A DNA stretch of 64,000 nucleotides from Octopus sinensis (Eukaryota): assembly GCF_006345805.1 (NCBI RefSeq), contig NC_043013.1, positions 11,904,001 to 11,968,000 of the forward strand, given 5' to 3'. This document shows, in pieces, positions 39,862 through 54,950 of the stretch. The notes under the pieces are model-generated. The model did no database searches. It was given only the letters and a program-made list of their open reading frames with translations, and was not told the DNA's origin. The translations under genes were made by a program, and so were the position numbers. Positions within the stretch are counted from its first letter, which is position 1. Each line of letters opens with the position of its first letter.

Positions 39862-40104
39862 CATGTGCCTATATGTATAGCTACACACATATACATATAT
39901 ATGTATGTGTATACACATTTATGTACATATATATATAACGCTCATTATTATGCATATCATATATTTTAATTTTTAAACACGTAAACACAAACATAGGTGC
40001 AAATACATGTATACATGTATTTGCATACATGTATACATGTATTTACATACATGCATAATAAATATATTGTGTATAAATATATACATATATATATATATAT
40101 ATTT

Positions 40105-40172
<68 letters not shown>

Positions 40173-40285
40173 GTACATATATATATATATATATTGAAGG
40201 TTTTATTACTATTCCTTGACTCTAAATGAAATCAATCCATTGCCAACTACACATACACATACATACATATACTTACGTACATGAG

Positions 40286-40320
<35 letters not shown>

Positions 40321-41014
40321 TATATTACATGTGCATATGCATACATACACGCATACAGTGTATGATCGAGCGTATATGAATGTGATTGTGCATGGCGTAT
40401 GTTTTGAAAATATATATTTAAAATTAAGATAAAATTTTGGTCTGACGATATCGATACCTATCGATTTTCGTATCCGTGTATATGTAAAGAATTAGAAATA
40501 TTTAACATGCTAAATTTTAAATGCATCTAACAATACTTATGAAAGTCAGAATGTATGCACACAGCCACACACACATACACACACAAACGCAAACACACAC
40601 ACAAATACAGAGATACATACACAAGCACACATACATACACACATACACACTTACGCACACGTATCATGTTCATGTGCACACAGGCATACAAAGAGATACC
40701 CCAATGTATACGTGCGTATATTTGTATATATTTTATACTCACAGACATATATGAACGTAGGCGCGAGTGTGTATACGTATGTAAATGCATATGACATACA
40801 TGTAGCTATGGTGTATTATATATGTGTATTTATCTGTGCGTAGGTATGTTATGTATATATTTATATACATTACCTAACTATCATATTTCCATCTCTAACT
40901 TATATACATATATATATAGAGACATCCACACACACAACACACTATATATATAATACAGATGCATATTAAATATTTATATAATATATACATTCTCCCTATG
41001 TACTCATTAAATAT

Positions 41015-41053
<39 letters not shown>

Positions 41054-41559
41054 ATAGATATATATAATATAGATTTATATATATATATATATATATATCC
41101 ATACATTCATCATACATACATACATACATACATACAATTAATATATATATATATATATACATATTTATATATATATATGTTTATATGCCTGTTTTTCTGT
41201 ATACGTATACACACACAAACATCACACGCCACGCACATGTGAATATATTTACATGCATATACACATATATAAATGCACATACACAACCTTGCATTCAATG
41301 TAATATTCTTACATGTTTTCTATAGACTGGTGACTAAACTTATGAAGAATTTCTTTATTGTACACACAGACTCTGATAAATATCAAGAAATATGATAGCG
41401 ACACATGCAGAGATACACATATACACAGATGCACATACGTACACACTCACAAACACATACAAACGCGCGCGCAGCACACACATAAATATACAAGCATACA
41501 TACTCATATACCTTTAAACGTACATGCATGCAGACATATATGTATGTACTGGTAGAGAA

Positions 41560-41770
41560 AGATTGGTGAAGAGTACAGCAGGGATCACCCCCCCCCCGCC
41601 GGAGCCTCATGGAGCTTTTAGGTGTTTTCGCTCAATAAACCACTCACAACGCCCGGTCTGGGAATCGAACCGCGATCCTACGACCGCGAGTCCGCTGCCC
41701 TAACCACTAGGCCATTGCGCCTCCACACACACAACCACACACACACCACAACACACACACAACACCACAC

Positions 41771-41829
<59 letters not shown>

Positions 41830-42168
41830 GTATATATTTATGTATTTTGTGGCACTCGGTCCGTTACGACGACAAGGGTTCCATTTGATCCGATCAACGG
41901 AACAGCCTGCTCGTGAAATAACGTGTAAGTGGCTGAGCACTCCATAGATATGTACCCTTAACGTAGTTGTTGCGGCGATTTAGCGTAACACGGTCTATGA
42001 CAAGTCTATGACAAATCTGGTTGTGGTAAAAGAGTACAACAGGGTTCACCACCTCGCGAATCTTTATGTGTTTTCGCTGAATAAACGCTCACAATTCCCG
42101 GTCTGGGAACCGAAACCGCATTCTCTTGACCGCGAGTCCGCTGCCCTAATCACTGGGCCATTGCAGCC
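41560..42168 (-). mobile_element. Two copies or fragments of a third tRNA-derived SINE (GGAGGCGCAATGGCCTAGTGGTTAGGGCAGCGGACTCGCGG head)
   Basis: A box TGGCCTAGTGG and B box GGTTCGATTCCC on the minus strand near 41660-41724. A second copy ends at ~42168. Confidence 0.8.
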
Positions 42169-42209
42169 CTAGCAATGTCTGCCTTGACTTTTTCCAAGAT
42201 ATATATATA

Positions 42210-42520
42210 CATCAAGATGTAGGACAAGATACTGTGATAGCCTGGGCTTCCGAGGCACACTGCTCTTCAATATCCTCCCGTAGAACCTAAGAGACCTGCA
42301 TTGGGTGGATGCAGATGTCTTTAAAATGACACTGGATCTCGTCTTGTCAGGTGTCCGAGATGAACCAACTTCACGGCAGGAGGTGCAGAAGAGGGCAGCT
42401 GCATCGAACTCTCTCATGCACCAGATGGCAATTGCTGAAAAGCATTCGTGAAGTAAAATCATGTAGCAACACCAAATGGCGGTGCCCCATCATGGCCACA
42501 GCTTGTGAGCTGAAACTAAA
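42210..42520 (+). mobile_element. 3'-terminal fragment of the CR1/L2-like LINE seen at 62551-63694
   Basis: High identity to 63375-63680 (CATCAAGATGTAGGACAAGATACTGTGATAGCCTGGGC...). Confidence 0.9.
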
Positions 42521-44129
42521 TAAAATTTAAAAAACTAAAATAAAAATATACCTTCATTCAAAATGAATGCTCATAAGCTCACACAGAGATAGACATATGC
42601 CCATACTTACATAAATAAACTGATACATAACAACGAGTGTACAGAAAAGCATGCTTGCTCATACATGCATACATATATGCATACATACATGCACGTGAAT
42701 ATAAATATACATACATACACACGCACATACACGCGCACACCTATATAATTAATACACATATATACACAGCTACACATGCATATGCATACATAAATATTTA
42801 CATTCATACATGCGAATACACATACCCACGCACACGTAGATACCTGTATACATGTACGCTATAATGCATGCATACATTCATACACAAATACGCATATACG
42901 TACAGGATTGCTCGACATTTTGCACACGTCGATCTGATGTACCAGTCTCTTTAGAAATACGCAGAATTATCTATATAAATATTGACGTTAATATCGTGAA
43001 ATACGTTATAATGTATAAGTGTCCATGCAAGAGTAGAAGTATGGAAACTACAGAATATATGTAAGTGGGAGGGGGTATGTGCATTTGTGTTTGTAAGTGT
43101 ATTATATGCATACATATATTTATATATGTATATATACACGCATACATATATATATATATATATATATATTTGTATTATGTATGACGTATATAGGTAAATA
43201 TATATACATATTTGCATCTATATGCATATGCACATACATATATATATTTATATATATATATACACATATATATATGCCTGTTTGTGTGTGTGTATAAATA
43301 TATATACATATTTGCATCTATATGCATATGCACATACATATATATATTTATATATATATATATATATACATATATATATGCCTGTTTTTGTGTGTGTATA
43401 AATATATATACATATGTATATACACACAGATATGTATGTGCATTTGTGCGTGTGTCTGTGTGTGTGTAGTGTGAGTGTGTGTACGTGTGTGTTTGTGTGT
43501 TCTTTGTTGTATGATATAGAATCGCGTAAAAATGCACGCAACGGATGGTGTAGATAGAGAAGAAAATAGAGATATTGAAAATGGAAGAAAATTAAGAAGG
43601 AAAGAAAGAAAGAAAGAAAGAAGAAGAAGAAGAAAAAAGAAGAAGAAGAAGAAGAAGAAGAAGAAGAAGAAGAAGAAATAGAATGCAGGGGGAAGGGGGA
43701 AGAGGAAGCGATGTCGATGAAGGAGGAGACGAAGAAAACTTGTGAGTGATATCAAGCATCGTATTGTTCAGTGTGAGAGAGAGAGTTGAAAAGACTTCCG
43801 TGTTGTAAGCTGGTTTGAATCAGAAGATGCAATAATGCGATGAAGCAAGATCGGGGAACTTCTGTAAGGAAGTAGCAGGAGGCGTGTCGGGGTGTCGGGC
43901 CGGGGGTTGGTAGGAGGTTTAGAAAGCGACGTGTGCAGTCGTTGCGTTGAGAAAGGTGCACGGAGATTGGTGCAGAAATGGAAGAGCTGGAAGTGAGGTG
44001 TTATACAGCTAGGGGATTTAAATGTAATAATTTCGCAAGCCGACTAGTGATAATAATGATTGAAATCATTTCTACAATAGGCAAAGGTAGTTGAGTTTGT
44101 GGGAAGTGGGATAACCGATCAGCCCGACC

Positions 44130-44680
44130 CAGTTCTTGGCTGGTACTTTATTTATCGACCCTGAGAGGATGAAAGGCAAGGTTGACGTCGACGGAATTTC
44201 AACTCACAACGTAGCAGCGGGCGAAATGCCGCTATGCAATCCGTCCAGCGTGCTAACGATTCCGCTCGCTCCCTGCCTTAATAATAGTAATAATGATCAT
44301 TTTACTGGATTTTTGTCGGGAGGGGGACAATCGATCACATTGCCCTCAGTACTCAACTGCTACTTAATTTAATCGTCCCAAAAGGATGAAAAACAAAGTC
44401 GACCTCGGTGGAATTTGAACTCAGTACGCAACAACGAGCGAAGTACCTATTTCTTTACTATCCACAAGGAGCTAAACAGATAGAGGACAAACAAGGACAG
44501 ACAAACGGATTAAGTCGATTAGATCGACCCCAGTGCGTAACTGGTATTTAATTTATCGACCCCGAAAGGATGAAAGGCAAAGCCGGCCTCGGCGGAATTT
44601 GAACTCAGAACATAATGACAGACGAAATACCGCTAAGCAATTCGCCCTGCGTGCAAACGATTCGGCCAACTCGCTGCCTT
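44130..44680 (-). mobile_element. Multimeric family A SINE cluster
   Basis: At least three repeated bodies with a GAAAGGATGAAAGGCAAAGTCGAC-like segment. Confidence 0.8.
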
Positions 44681-45050
44681 AATAATCATAATAATAATAA
44701 TAATAATAACAATAAAAATAATAATAATAATAACAATTCCTATCATAGTAGGTGCATTAGGCATGATAAAAAAATATTCAGACAAATACATAACAAAAAC
44801 ACCAGGACTTACAAACACATATAACATACAGAAAATTGCACTACTAGGCACTGCACACATCCTACGCAGAACACTTTCCATACAATAACCATCAGAGCAT
44901 CACAACAAATCACAGCACATACCCAAGGCACACAGAGCTGCCTCGGTAGTGAAGTGAAAGCACGCTATAAAAATAAAACTACTGAATAATAATAATAATA
45001 ATAATAATGAGATATAAATAATAATAATAATAATATAATAATAATAATAA

Positions 45051-45081
<31 letters not shown>

Positions 45082-45084
45082 GTA

Positions 45085-45527
45085 ACTACAACAAATATTC
45101 TGCTCCATACCACAGACTTGCTTGTCAGTCGTTTGACCATAACCAGTTGAGCATGTCCCTTAGTGGTTGATGATATGCGCATCTCTGATCACGAGCAGAA
45201 GTAGTGGGGGAGCATCATAGCTATGTGTTGGGAGGAATTCTTTGGAGTTTGTATAATTCCCCTCTGGGTGTTTCGTTCAATATCCTTAATCAACTGTTAT
45301 TCATGGACCTTTTGAACGGGATGGGCTACTAGATCTGAAGAAAATTCTAACTAGGCGCCACCAGCAAGGTCTTGCGCTATTTATATTGATATGAGATCAC
45401 CATGTCACGCACATATAGTTGTCATGCATGTGCATGGTGTACCCTTATTAGACGGGTAGTCATGATGGTATACTGGGCTTTGTATATCTTAACCCAGTGT
45501 CATTTTGATGGCTTGCACTGCTCTCTC
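45085..45527. repeat. ~440-bp interspersed repeat; inverted homologue at 50451-50895
   Basis: Shared blocks such as GCATCTCTGATCACGAGCAGA and GGGTGTTTCGTTCAA are reverse-complemented in the second copy. Confidence 0.8.
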
Positions 45528-45574
45528 ATTCACTTATAATAATAATGATCATAATAATATTAATGATTGTTTGG

Positions 45575-46285
45575 CATCCTTTCTGTCTCGGGAGACAATG
45601 GAGTTGCGCATTTTTTTTTTTCCAGGTCTAGTCTGGCTGTTATATTTTATTTCCTGTTACATTTCTTGCTGTGGCTGTGTAGTCCTATCCTGGACAAACA
45701 CTCCCTCTGGCAGGTACTGCAATGTAGCGAAGACTGTTCCTGGCTGGTTGTAGTGCCATGGTCTCTTGTTTATGTCTTTCCTTTCTTTCCATTTCTCCTC
45801 TCTCTTTCTGTCACTCCTCTGTATACCCTCTTTACTGTACGTCGCCATTCTCCACGGTTGCCGGCGACTGCCTCCCAACCGCTAATGTTGATGTTGCAGG
45901 CCTTCATATCCCTTTTGCAAACATCCTTGTAACGTAAGATCGGTCTACCCACAGACCTAGTACCCCTAGCAAGCTCTCCGTAGAGTATGTCCTTGGGGAT
46001 TCTGCATCTTTCATACGGCTAACATGCCCAAGCCATCTCATACGTCTTTGTGTGAGGAGTGCAAACATGCTTGGTATTCCTGCTTGCCTGAGGACATCTT
46101 TGTTGGGGATATGATTCTGCCATTTGATGTGGAGGATTTTTCGGAGGCAGCGCAGGTGAAAGATGTTTAGGTGACGCTCTTGGCGTGTGTAGCGTCCAGG
46201 TCTCGCTTCCATACAGTAGAGTGCTGAGTACATATGCCTGGTAGATCTTCATTTTTGTGGTCTTGGTCAGCTTATTGTTGTCCCA
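45575..46285 (-). mobile_element. 3' fragment of an RTE-clade LINE (RT C-terminal region), frameshifted
   Basis: KIYQAYVLSTLLYGSETW, FHLRCLRKILHIKWQ, RRMRWLGHVSRM, GRPILRYKDVCKRDMK and A.NRGEWRR are RTE-type motifs. Confidence 0.85.
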
Positions 46286-46289
46286 TATT

Positions 46290-46304
46290 AATGATTACAA
46301 TAAC

Positions 46305-46335
<31 letters not shown>

Positions 46336-46748
46336 TTTAATAATAATAATAATAATAATGATAATAATAATCACATAATAATATCAATTATCATTATCAT
46401 TGTTATTATTATTATTATCATTATTATTAATATTATTATTATTATTATTAAATCAAAATTAAAAGAAGAGTGCGATTGTTATCTAGTGAACGATATTTTG
46501 ACATCTTGTGTGTTTTCAACTGGTTTAAAAAATAAATCTTCAACAATTATAATAATAATAATAATGATAATTATTATTGTTGTTATTATTATTATTATTA
46601 TTATATTATTATTATTAATATTATTATTATTATTATTATTATCATCATCATCGTTATTATATTATTATTATTTTTATTTTTAATATTATTATTATTATTA
46701 TCATTATTATATTATTATTATTATTATTATCATTATTATCATTATTTT

Positions 46749-46791
<43 letters not shown>

Positions 46792-46807
46792 TTATGTATT
46801 GTTATTA

Positions 46808-46841
<34 letters not shown>

Positions 46842-47020
46842 ATTATTGTCATTATTTTATTATTATTTTTATTATTATTATTATATTATTATTATTATTA
46901 TTATCATCATCGTTATTATTATTATTATGATTATTATTATTATTATCATTATTATCATTATTTATTATTATTATTATTATTATATTTTATTATTTATATT
47001 ATTATTATTATTATTATGGT
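46290..47020. repeat. (AAT)n/(TAT)n block
   Basis: Directly visible. Confidence 0.9.
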
Positions 47021-49963
47021 GAGCTGGCAAAATCTTTAGCACTCTGGGTAAATTGTTTAGCCATATTTCATCAGTCTATACATTCCGAGTTCAAATTCTA
47101 CCGAAGTCAGCTTTGCCCTCTAACACTTTCGGGTCGATAAAATATGTACCAGTTGAGAACTGGGGTCGATGTAATCGACTTACCCACCTCTCGCCAAAAC
47201 TTTGGCCTTGTAGTGAAATTTGAAGTCATTATTATTATAAATAGTGTTAAATCTGATTTTTCCAGCCGAAAAGTGTCAAGATTTGGACCAATTTGCAGCA
47301 TATAATTTTAAACCACCCACCCACAAGAGATGGATCAGAGATTGCGCTTATTCACTTTCTCCGTTTGTAGTGTGGTAGTCTAAATCAAATTTTCCTCATT
47401 AGCCCACTCGACTGGTAATACAGATAAAAGAATGTGAAAACCGAACGGTCTCCAAACACTGCAGAATATTAAAGTAAAACCACCAATCATATTGAATGTC
47501 GCGAAAATCAAAGCGTTTACTGTTCCCGAATCTATTCAGAGCAAATTCATTTTTCAATTTGTGTTGTCACATAGTCATCTAACCAACGTTTATTATTTCT
47601 TCTGTATTACAATAAAGAAAACGTAATTTCTTCTGTGTTACGATTCTGTTTGAAAAATCTGTTTCCAAAATGTTTTTAATTTTTCATTAGAATGTATCAT
47701 ATCTAATTCTATGATTATGTTTCTAATATTGTTACGCATTATGCTGTATGATTATTTTGGAAAAGTGTAGTTTTAAAAGAATTGTTCTTCGCTTATATTC
47801 TTCTGATGAAATCTATTATTTAAATAATACATTTTAGCTTTAGTTGGCGAAGAATGGAAAAAATGGTTAATATATACATTTCACATTCATGATGTACTGG
47901 TTTCGATTCCACTTGTGGTCATCATGGGTAAGTACCTCTTTTGATATACTCGGGTCCAACTGTATGTTGTAAGTGAAAATGCATAAATGGAAACGATATG
48001 GAATAGCATCCGATAATTGTAGCTGCAATTAAAAGGTCCAGCCTTACCCCAAAAATCACTCAGCTTCTACTTTCAGAATTACTTCAAGGGTAATTGTGCC
48101 TATAGAATACTCTATCAAATACACGCTAAGTATTTCTACCTGACAGTTCACCTAATAGTATAACTCAACATTTAAGGCCAGAAACACTGATAGATACCCA
48201 TTTTAAGGATCACAATCTTTACAATAGAACTTTCTCCTATTATCCATGATGTTCCTATTTACTAATTGCTATACATTCCTCTTAAAATATCGAGAAAAAT
48301 AGCCGTATTTGAACCAGACTATCGTACTTGATTCGATAGAGTAAAATTAGAGTTCTAAGTTCCACTTTATCCTCTAAATTATTTGTACTGCGTTTGCGTA
48401 TCCTATAACACTAAATTCTTTAGAATACAAAGAGAATATAAAAGTTTCTGTCTTAGGCACAAGGCCAGCAATATTGATGGGTGGGTAAATAGATGAAGCA
48501 TAAAAATCAGAAATTGATTGCTAAGGGCATAAGACAAAGTTGATTTTTAACAAGGACTTAGTTTGTGTTTGTACATCCTCAACTCTTAACTTGTGGAAAA
48601 CCGTCACCTGGTGGGAATATTTAAGATTCTATGAGGAAATAGGGTTCCCTTATAGAAATTGTCCTTTTTAATTCTTTTATTTTGAAAGGTTTATGTTCGC
48701 TTAATGTTAAATTAACGAATGCGAATGTTACGTTAATATCTGTCCATCCTCTACGGCGGTGTGCAGCAGACTCGTTATGGGGTCGGGGAAAATGATTAGC
48801 CGCATTTCGCCGGTCTTCACGTACTGGTTTCAAATGCTGTCGGTGTTGACATTGTCTTTCATCCTTTCGAGATCGATAAAATAAGCGTCAGTTGAGCACT
48901 GGGGTCGATTTAATCGACATTGCCCCTCATCGAAATTACTAACTTTGTGCCACTATTTGAAACCAATGTCTATCCATGTCCCTCTCTGCCTACTACGTCC
49001 ACTCCTATGAGGGTCATGGAAGTAGAGTGCTCAGACACCTCTCTCATACAGACACAATTTTCTTCTCTACTGGACCCGCTTTGGAGTCCTGGGTCATGCA
49101 TCTTTTGTGCTTGCACTCCACACCACCCAGAACAAGTTAGAGGCATATTACTGGAGATTTTAATATTATTTTCTAAAGGACACTCGTCTTCCTAAGATTC
49201 GAACACGTCCTATGTTAACTGTGCGACGGATGATGCGGTATGGTTGTACCTTCGAATCCCTTTCATATTGCAGTTTTGGTACTTTTATTCCGACCAATCA
49301 CCGAGCTGGTATTCATATTTGACCTGCAAAGAAATTAATAATAATGCTGTTTATATTATGTAATAAATGCAAGCCTGCCAGCGGGCAGATTCATTAGGGC
49401 GCCTGGCAAAATGATTTGAGCTATTTCGTTCGTCTATACGATCTGAGTTCAAATTCTGCCGAGATCCACCTTAGCTTTCGATTCGATAAAATAAGGGTTC
49501 CATGTACTCAACTAGGTTCGATGTAATCAAGTAGCCCCTACTCCGAACGTGCTGGCATTGTGCCAAAGTTCGAAACCAATATTGTGATATAAATGATGTT
49601 ATATGAAGACTACTTAAAACAATGCTGTTAATGCTATGTAATAGTGTTGTTTACAACGTTACAGTGATTTATCACATAAGTGTGTTGGGAATCAGGTTGG
49701 TAAGCTGTTTAAGAGAAGCAGAATACAGAAAATTGATAAATACTATTGGAATAAACCAAGTTTTTTACAGCCATTTATTTATTTATTTATTTATTTATGT
49801 ATTTATTTATTGTTTGCCGTGTATTCAACTACAAACCATTGTTTAGTAAGCAGTACGTTTCCGAGACATGTATGTGTCTGTGTATGTATATAAGTGGATG
49901 TATCTGTATGTATGTGTGTGTCAGTACGAGTGTGCGTGCTTGCGTGTGTGCTTGCGTATGTGA

Positions 49964-49997
<34 letters not shown>

Positions 49998-50450
49998 TAC
50001 TGATAACATGAAACTCATTACAACCTGTTGCATGGTTGGTCTGACGTTAACATTACTGGCCACCCTAAGGTAGTTTTCATTGGACACAAAGCTGTCAATA
50101 AGTAGATGAAGTCAATCAAGTCAGCAGATATTTAGCGGCTGCAAGTGAGAGACTCCTAAACTTTGTTTAGTCATCTCTCTAGGACAAGGAAACTTCAAAA
50201 TAACACTAAGTTTATTGCCATGCCGGTGATCTCGATGTTGTGCGTTTGCGGACTACTTGGTTTTGTAGGTGAGAACCTTAACTGTTTTGCGAAAGCTATG
50301 CTTGTATTCAAATTTCAGTATAGAAATTGCTAACAGTTATTGGTCTTTATCATGAAGAATGAGGCAATTTGCCAGTGATGGTGGTACTCGTCTAGAAGTT
50401 GGAAGCCACCATATATGTATGTATTTGTGCATGTATAAATGTATGTAAGA

Positions 50451-50895
50451 GAGAGCAGTGCATACCATCAAAGTGTCACTGGGGTAAAATATATGAAGCC
50501 CAGTACACCTATAATGATTACCCGTCTGATAAGGGTACACCATGCACATGCAGCAAAACCATATTGCTGTCCTCGAGACGTTGATTTCATATCAAGATAA
50601 ACAGTGCATGACCTTGCTGGAGGGGCCCAGTTAGAATTTCCTTCAGGTCGAGTAACAACACTGCTCAAAAGGTCCCTGAAAAAGGGTTGTCTAAGGATGT
50701 TGAACGAAACACCCATGTTTCCAGAGGTGAATTATCCAAATCCCAAACAATTCCTCTCAACACATGGCTATGATGCTCCTCCACTAAATCTGCTCGTGAT
50801 CAGAGATGCACATATTGTCCACCACTAAGGCACATGTTCAACTGGTTAAGGCCAAATAATTGACAAGCAAATCTGTGGTCCTAAACAGAATATTT
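50451..50895. repeat. Inverted homologue of 45085-45527
   Basis: See 45085-45527. Confidence 0.8.
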
Positions 50896-51501
50896 GCTTT
50901 AGCCCCTATGTATGTATGTATGTATGTATGTATGTATGTATGTATGTATGTATGTATGTATGTATGTATGTATGTTGTATGTATGTATGTTTGTATGTAT
51001 GTATGTATGTATGTTTAAGAGACAAACTTAGAGTTGTGACAGAATAATAATATGGCTACGTTAAATAATTACCTTAGTATTTTGAGTACGTTTGACTTTT
51101 TCAGATGTACTGAAATGTGCATATACACACGTACACAATCGCACACATGAACACATATATACACATCTATATATATGTGTGTGTGTTTGTGTGTATACAT
51201 ATACAACTATATACAGCTATACATATGCATATATGCATATATATGTATGTGAACATATATATATATATAAATGCATGTGTGTGTCTATATATATATACGC
51301 ATATATATTTAGACACACATGTACAAAATGCATATGTGTATATATGTATAATATATATATTTGTGTGTGGCTTAATGATAGGAATCTCAAATATTATACG
51401 CAGACAAATCTAAAAGATATGACTTATATTTTAACGGTTTTTTCTTCGTCTTCTTTTCTTCGTCTCTGTCTATGTCTCGGCTTCTCTTTCTTTTCCTCTC
51501 C

Positions 51502-51535
<34 letters not shown>

Positions 51536-51715
51536 TTATCTATCTATCTAGCACTAACAATCATTATAGAATGGGAGAGCGTACAAAAATAAAAGCATCA
51601 TCAAAAACAACAGCAACCACAGTAACAAACAACCAATGGCAACTGCTACTACTACTACTACTAATAATAATAATAATGGTAATAATAATAAAAATAAAAA
51701 TAATAATAACAACCG

Positions 51716-51762
<47 letters not shown>

Positions 51763-51804
51763 ATGATGATGATGATGGCGATGATGATCTTGATAATAAT
51801 AATA

Positions 51805-51850
<46 letters not shown>

Positions 51851-52146
51851 CGTACTATTAATACTATTGCCGCTAGTACTATGGGAAGAGAAGAGACATA
51901 ATGAAGTGAAAGAGGCGGAAGTGGAAGAAAAGCGAGGTGTTATATAAACAAAGAAATATAAACATTTATGCATCATTTAATAATCCACAATATCAGATTT
52001 TGTTTGCTTTTGTGAGTCCCTCCGTCTCTCTCTCACTCTCTCTTTATATATGTGTGTGTGTGTATGTGTGTTTATGTATACACCTGCATATGTGTTCGTA
52101 CATATATACACATACATATACAAATACATAGATACATATATATATG

Positions 52147-52177
<31 letters not shown>

Positions 52178-52348
52178 TATATATATATTATATATATATA
52201 TATATATACAAATATATATATGTACATAACACACACGTGTGCGTATGTATGCGTGTGTAAAAAAGAGCACAGACTTTTTACTCACACACAAACTAATGCA
52301 ATCAAAATCACATGTGGCAGTCCGATGTCTGCCAATACATCGTATGTA

Positions 52349-52433
<85 letters not shown>

Positions 52434-52522
52434 TGTGTGTGTGTTTATATAAACATGTGAACAAGTATATGTATGTAGACGTGCATGCATATACATTCAT
52501 AAATGCATATATATATATATAT

Positions 52523-52569
<47 letters not shown>

Positions 52570-52880
52570 ATAAATGATATCCATATTTATATCTCTATGT
52601 CCACACATACAAACAAAGACACATACGAATACACATATTCTTTACTAATGACTAAGAGACGAGTGTGTGTACGTTGTTATAGTATGTGCGGAAATCAGTG
52701 AAAGCATAATTCTTTTAGCATTGAAGATGAAGCAGCTGTTTCTCTAAGTCAGACCACACATATGTCTGTACAACAGCGCTAAGCGTCCTAGAAAAGTAGC
52801 TATAAATATTTAAACACAGGCATTCGCCCTCAATTACAAACATATACGCATGCATATATATATACATATATATATATATA

Positions 52881-52921
<41 letters not shown>

Positions 52922-53578
52922 TATATATACATATATACATAAGCCGAATAATAACAGTGGGATAGTGATTCAATCACTACCATTGTATCAGACGTGTTTT
53001 TATTAATGAATTCAGCTATTATATCACGTGAAAAAAAAACCGTTTCGTCAGGTGGATATGTGCACGAATTAAACATTTTAAAGAAACATTTCAACGAATT
53101 CAAGTATGTGCTATTTCCGGATTCCCTTACGATCTTCTTGATTCCCTTGCGATTAACAAGGGTATCACGAAATGCCTCATACTTGAATTCATTCGAATGT
53201 ATTTGTTAATGTTTAATTTGTGCATATATTCAGCCATTGAATAAAATTTTAAAAACACGTCTGAAACAGCTGTAGTGAGTGAACCACAATCCATCTGATG
53301 TAATTGGAACCTACAATGAGCGTGCATTTGGAGTCTCTTGAGTGAAGTACAATTGGTGTATTGCTTGTACCTAGGTACAGTTTTGAGAACGTGGTATATT
53401 CTGTCGGACGCTTGTGATCGTACATGCAACAGGCATGTGAATCCCTCTTTACTTCGATATGCACTTATATATTCCTCTAATGTTGCTTTGTAAGTGATAG
53501 CTTTCTCATTGGCCCGACCTGGGTGCTTTACTGTTTGAGGATCTGATAGGCTGGAATCCTGAATTGATTATATATATT

Positions 53579-53642
53579 GCACCAGGTGGTGCTATTAAGT
53601 TAGACATGGCCTGGGCCAATAATGGCCGAAACCTATCAAAGT
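53579..53642 (+). repeat. 64-bp element identical (inverted) to 21809-21872
   Basis: GCACCAGGTGGTGCTATTAAGTTAGACATGGCCTGGGCCAATAATGGCCGAAACCTATCAAAGT. Confidence 0.9.
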
Positions 53643-53716
53643 ATATGCATATGTGTATGGTGTGTTTATGTATGTGTGTGTGTGTATGTATGTGTGTGTG
53701 TGCATATATATATATA

Positions 53717-53777
<61 letters not shown>

Positions 53778-54700
53778 TATAAAACAACAAAATTATCTCA
53801 TTGTCATACTTCCCTTCCTCCCAACTCATATATATATATATATATTATATACAGCCTAGAGTAAGCCTGAAAAACAATGGGCTTTGTTTGGCTATAGGAT
53901 ATTTCATAAATTCAGAAACTTTTGTATAATGCACTAACTATAAGATGAATGATATCATGGATCAATAAGAAGATTCGGTATTTGTTTTCATTTTATCGCC
54001 TGTATTTTTGTTAAAATTTTGTATGGAACGCAGCATTTCCAAGAAGAAGAATATTGTAATGTCGAAGAGTCATGTGCATAGCTGTGCAAGTGAGAATAAT
54101 CTTAGGTAGGTATGTATATATACACACGCACATACACGCGAGCACACGTACACACACATACACATACATGTATATGTATTTTTGTGTAAGAAACTGAAGC
54201 AGTATCAAATTGATATTCTAAAACAATTTTGAGGTTAATACTGCTTCAATTGCACATACCAGAATATTTATTCACCACAGCAGCAATTCGCAAAACAAGT
54301 GAATATTAATTATTTGTGTCGCATTTCTGTGTCAGGGGAATTTCTTACAATTACAATATGTAGTAGAGCGTCGAATTCGCAACAAAAAACAATTTGATTC
54401 GCGTATTGTATCCTGCCATAGTCATGTATGCCTGTCATACTCTATTCTTTTACTTGTTTCAGTCATTTCACTGCGGTTATATTGGAGCACTTCCTCAAAA
54501 AATATATAGAATGCTTCACGAATTTGCGTGTACTCCTTGCGCAATGACCGTGCTAATCTTCTCTGTATCGTTCCAATATAAGAATATGTACTGCCGTAGT
54601 CAGTACTGTGTGGGTCCATTAAATAATTACTAGAGAAATTATTAGGTAGTTCGTATCTACTATGCCCATAAATATTATGGTCTTGTACTTAGTTTAAATT

Positions 54701-54950
54701 GGAGGTGCGTGGCTTAGTGATTAGAGTGTCAGCATCATGATCGTAAGATTCTGGTTTCGATTCCTGGACCGGGCGACGCGCTGTGTTCTTGAGCAAAACA
54801 CTTCATTTCATGATCATCCAGTCCACTCAGCTGGCAAAAATGAGTAACGCTGCGATGGACTGACGTCCCGTCCAGCTGGGGAACACATATGCCATTGTAA
54901 TAGGGAAATCGGGCCCATGAGTCTGGCTAGGCTTTGAAAAAAGGACGCAT
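54701..54950 (+). mobile_element. Fourth tRNA-derived SINE (GGAGGTGCGTGGCTTAGTG head), (ATTT)n tail
   Basis: A box, B box GGTTTCGATTCCT, core GTCCACTCAGCTG..AAATGAGTA and an ATTT tail. Confidence 0.75.

Noticed and set aside
41660-41724. tRNA gene-like sequence
   Set aside because: The tRNA-like head continues into a SINE body with no acceptor-stem closure or poly-T terminator, so it is called as a SINE.
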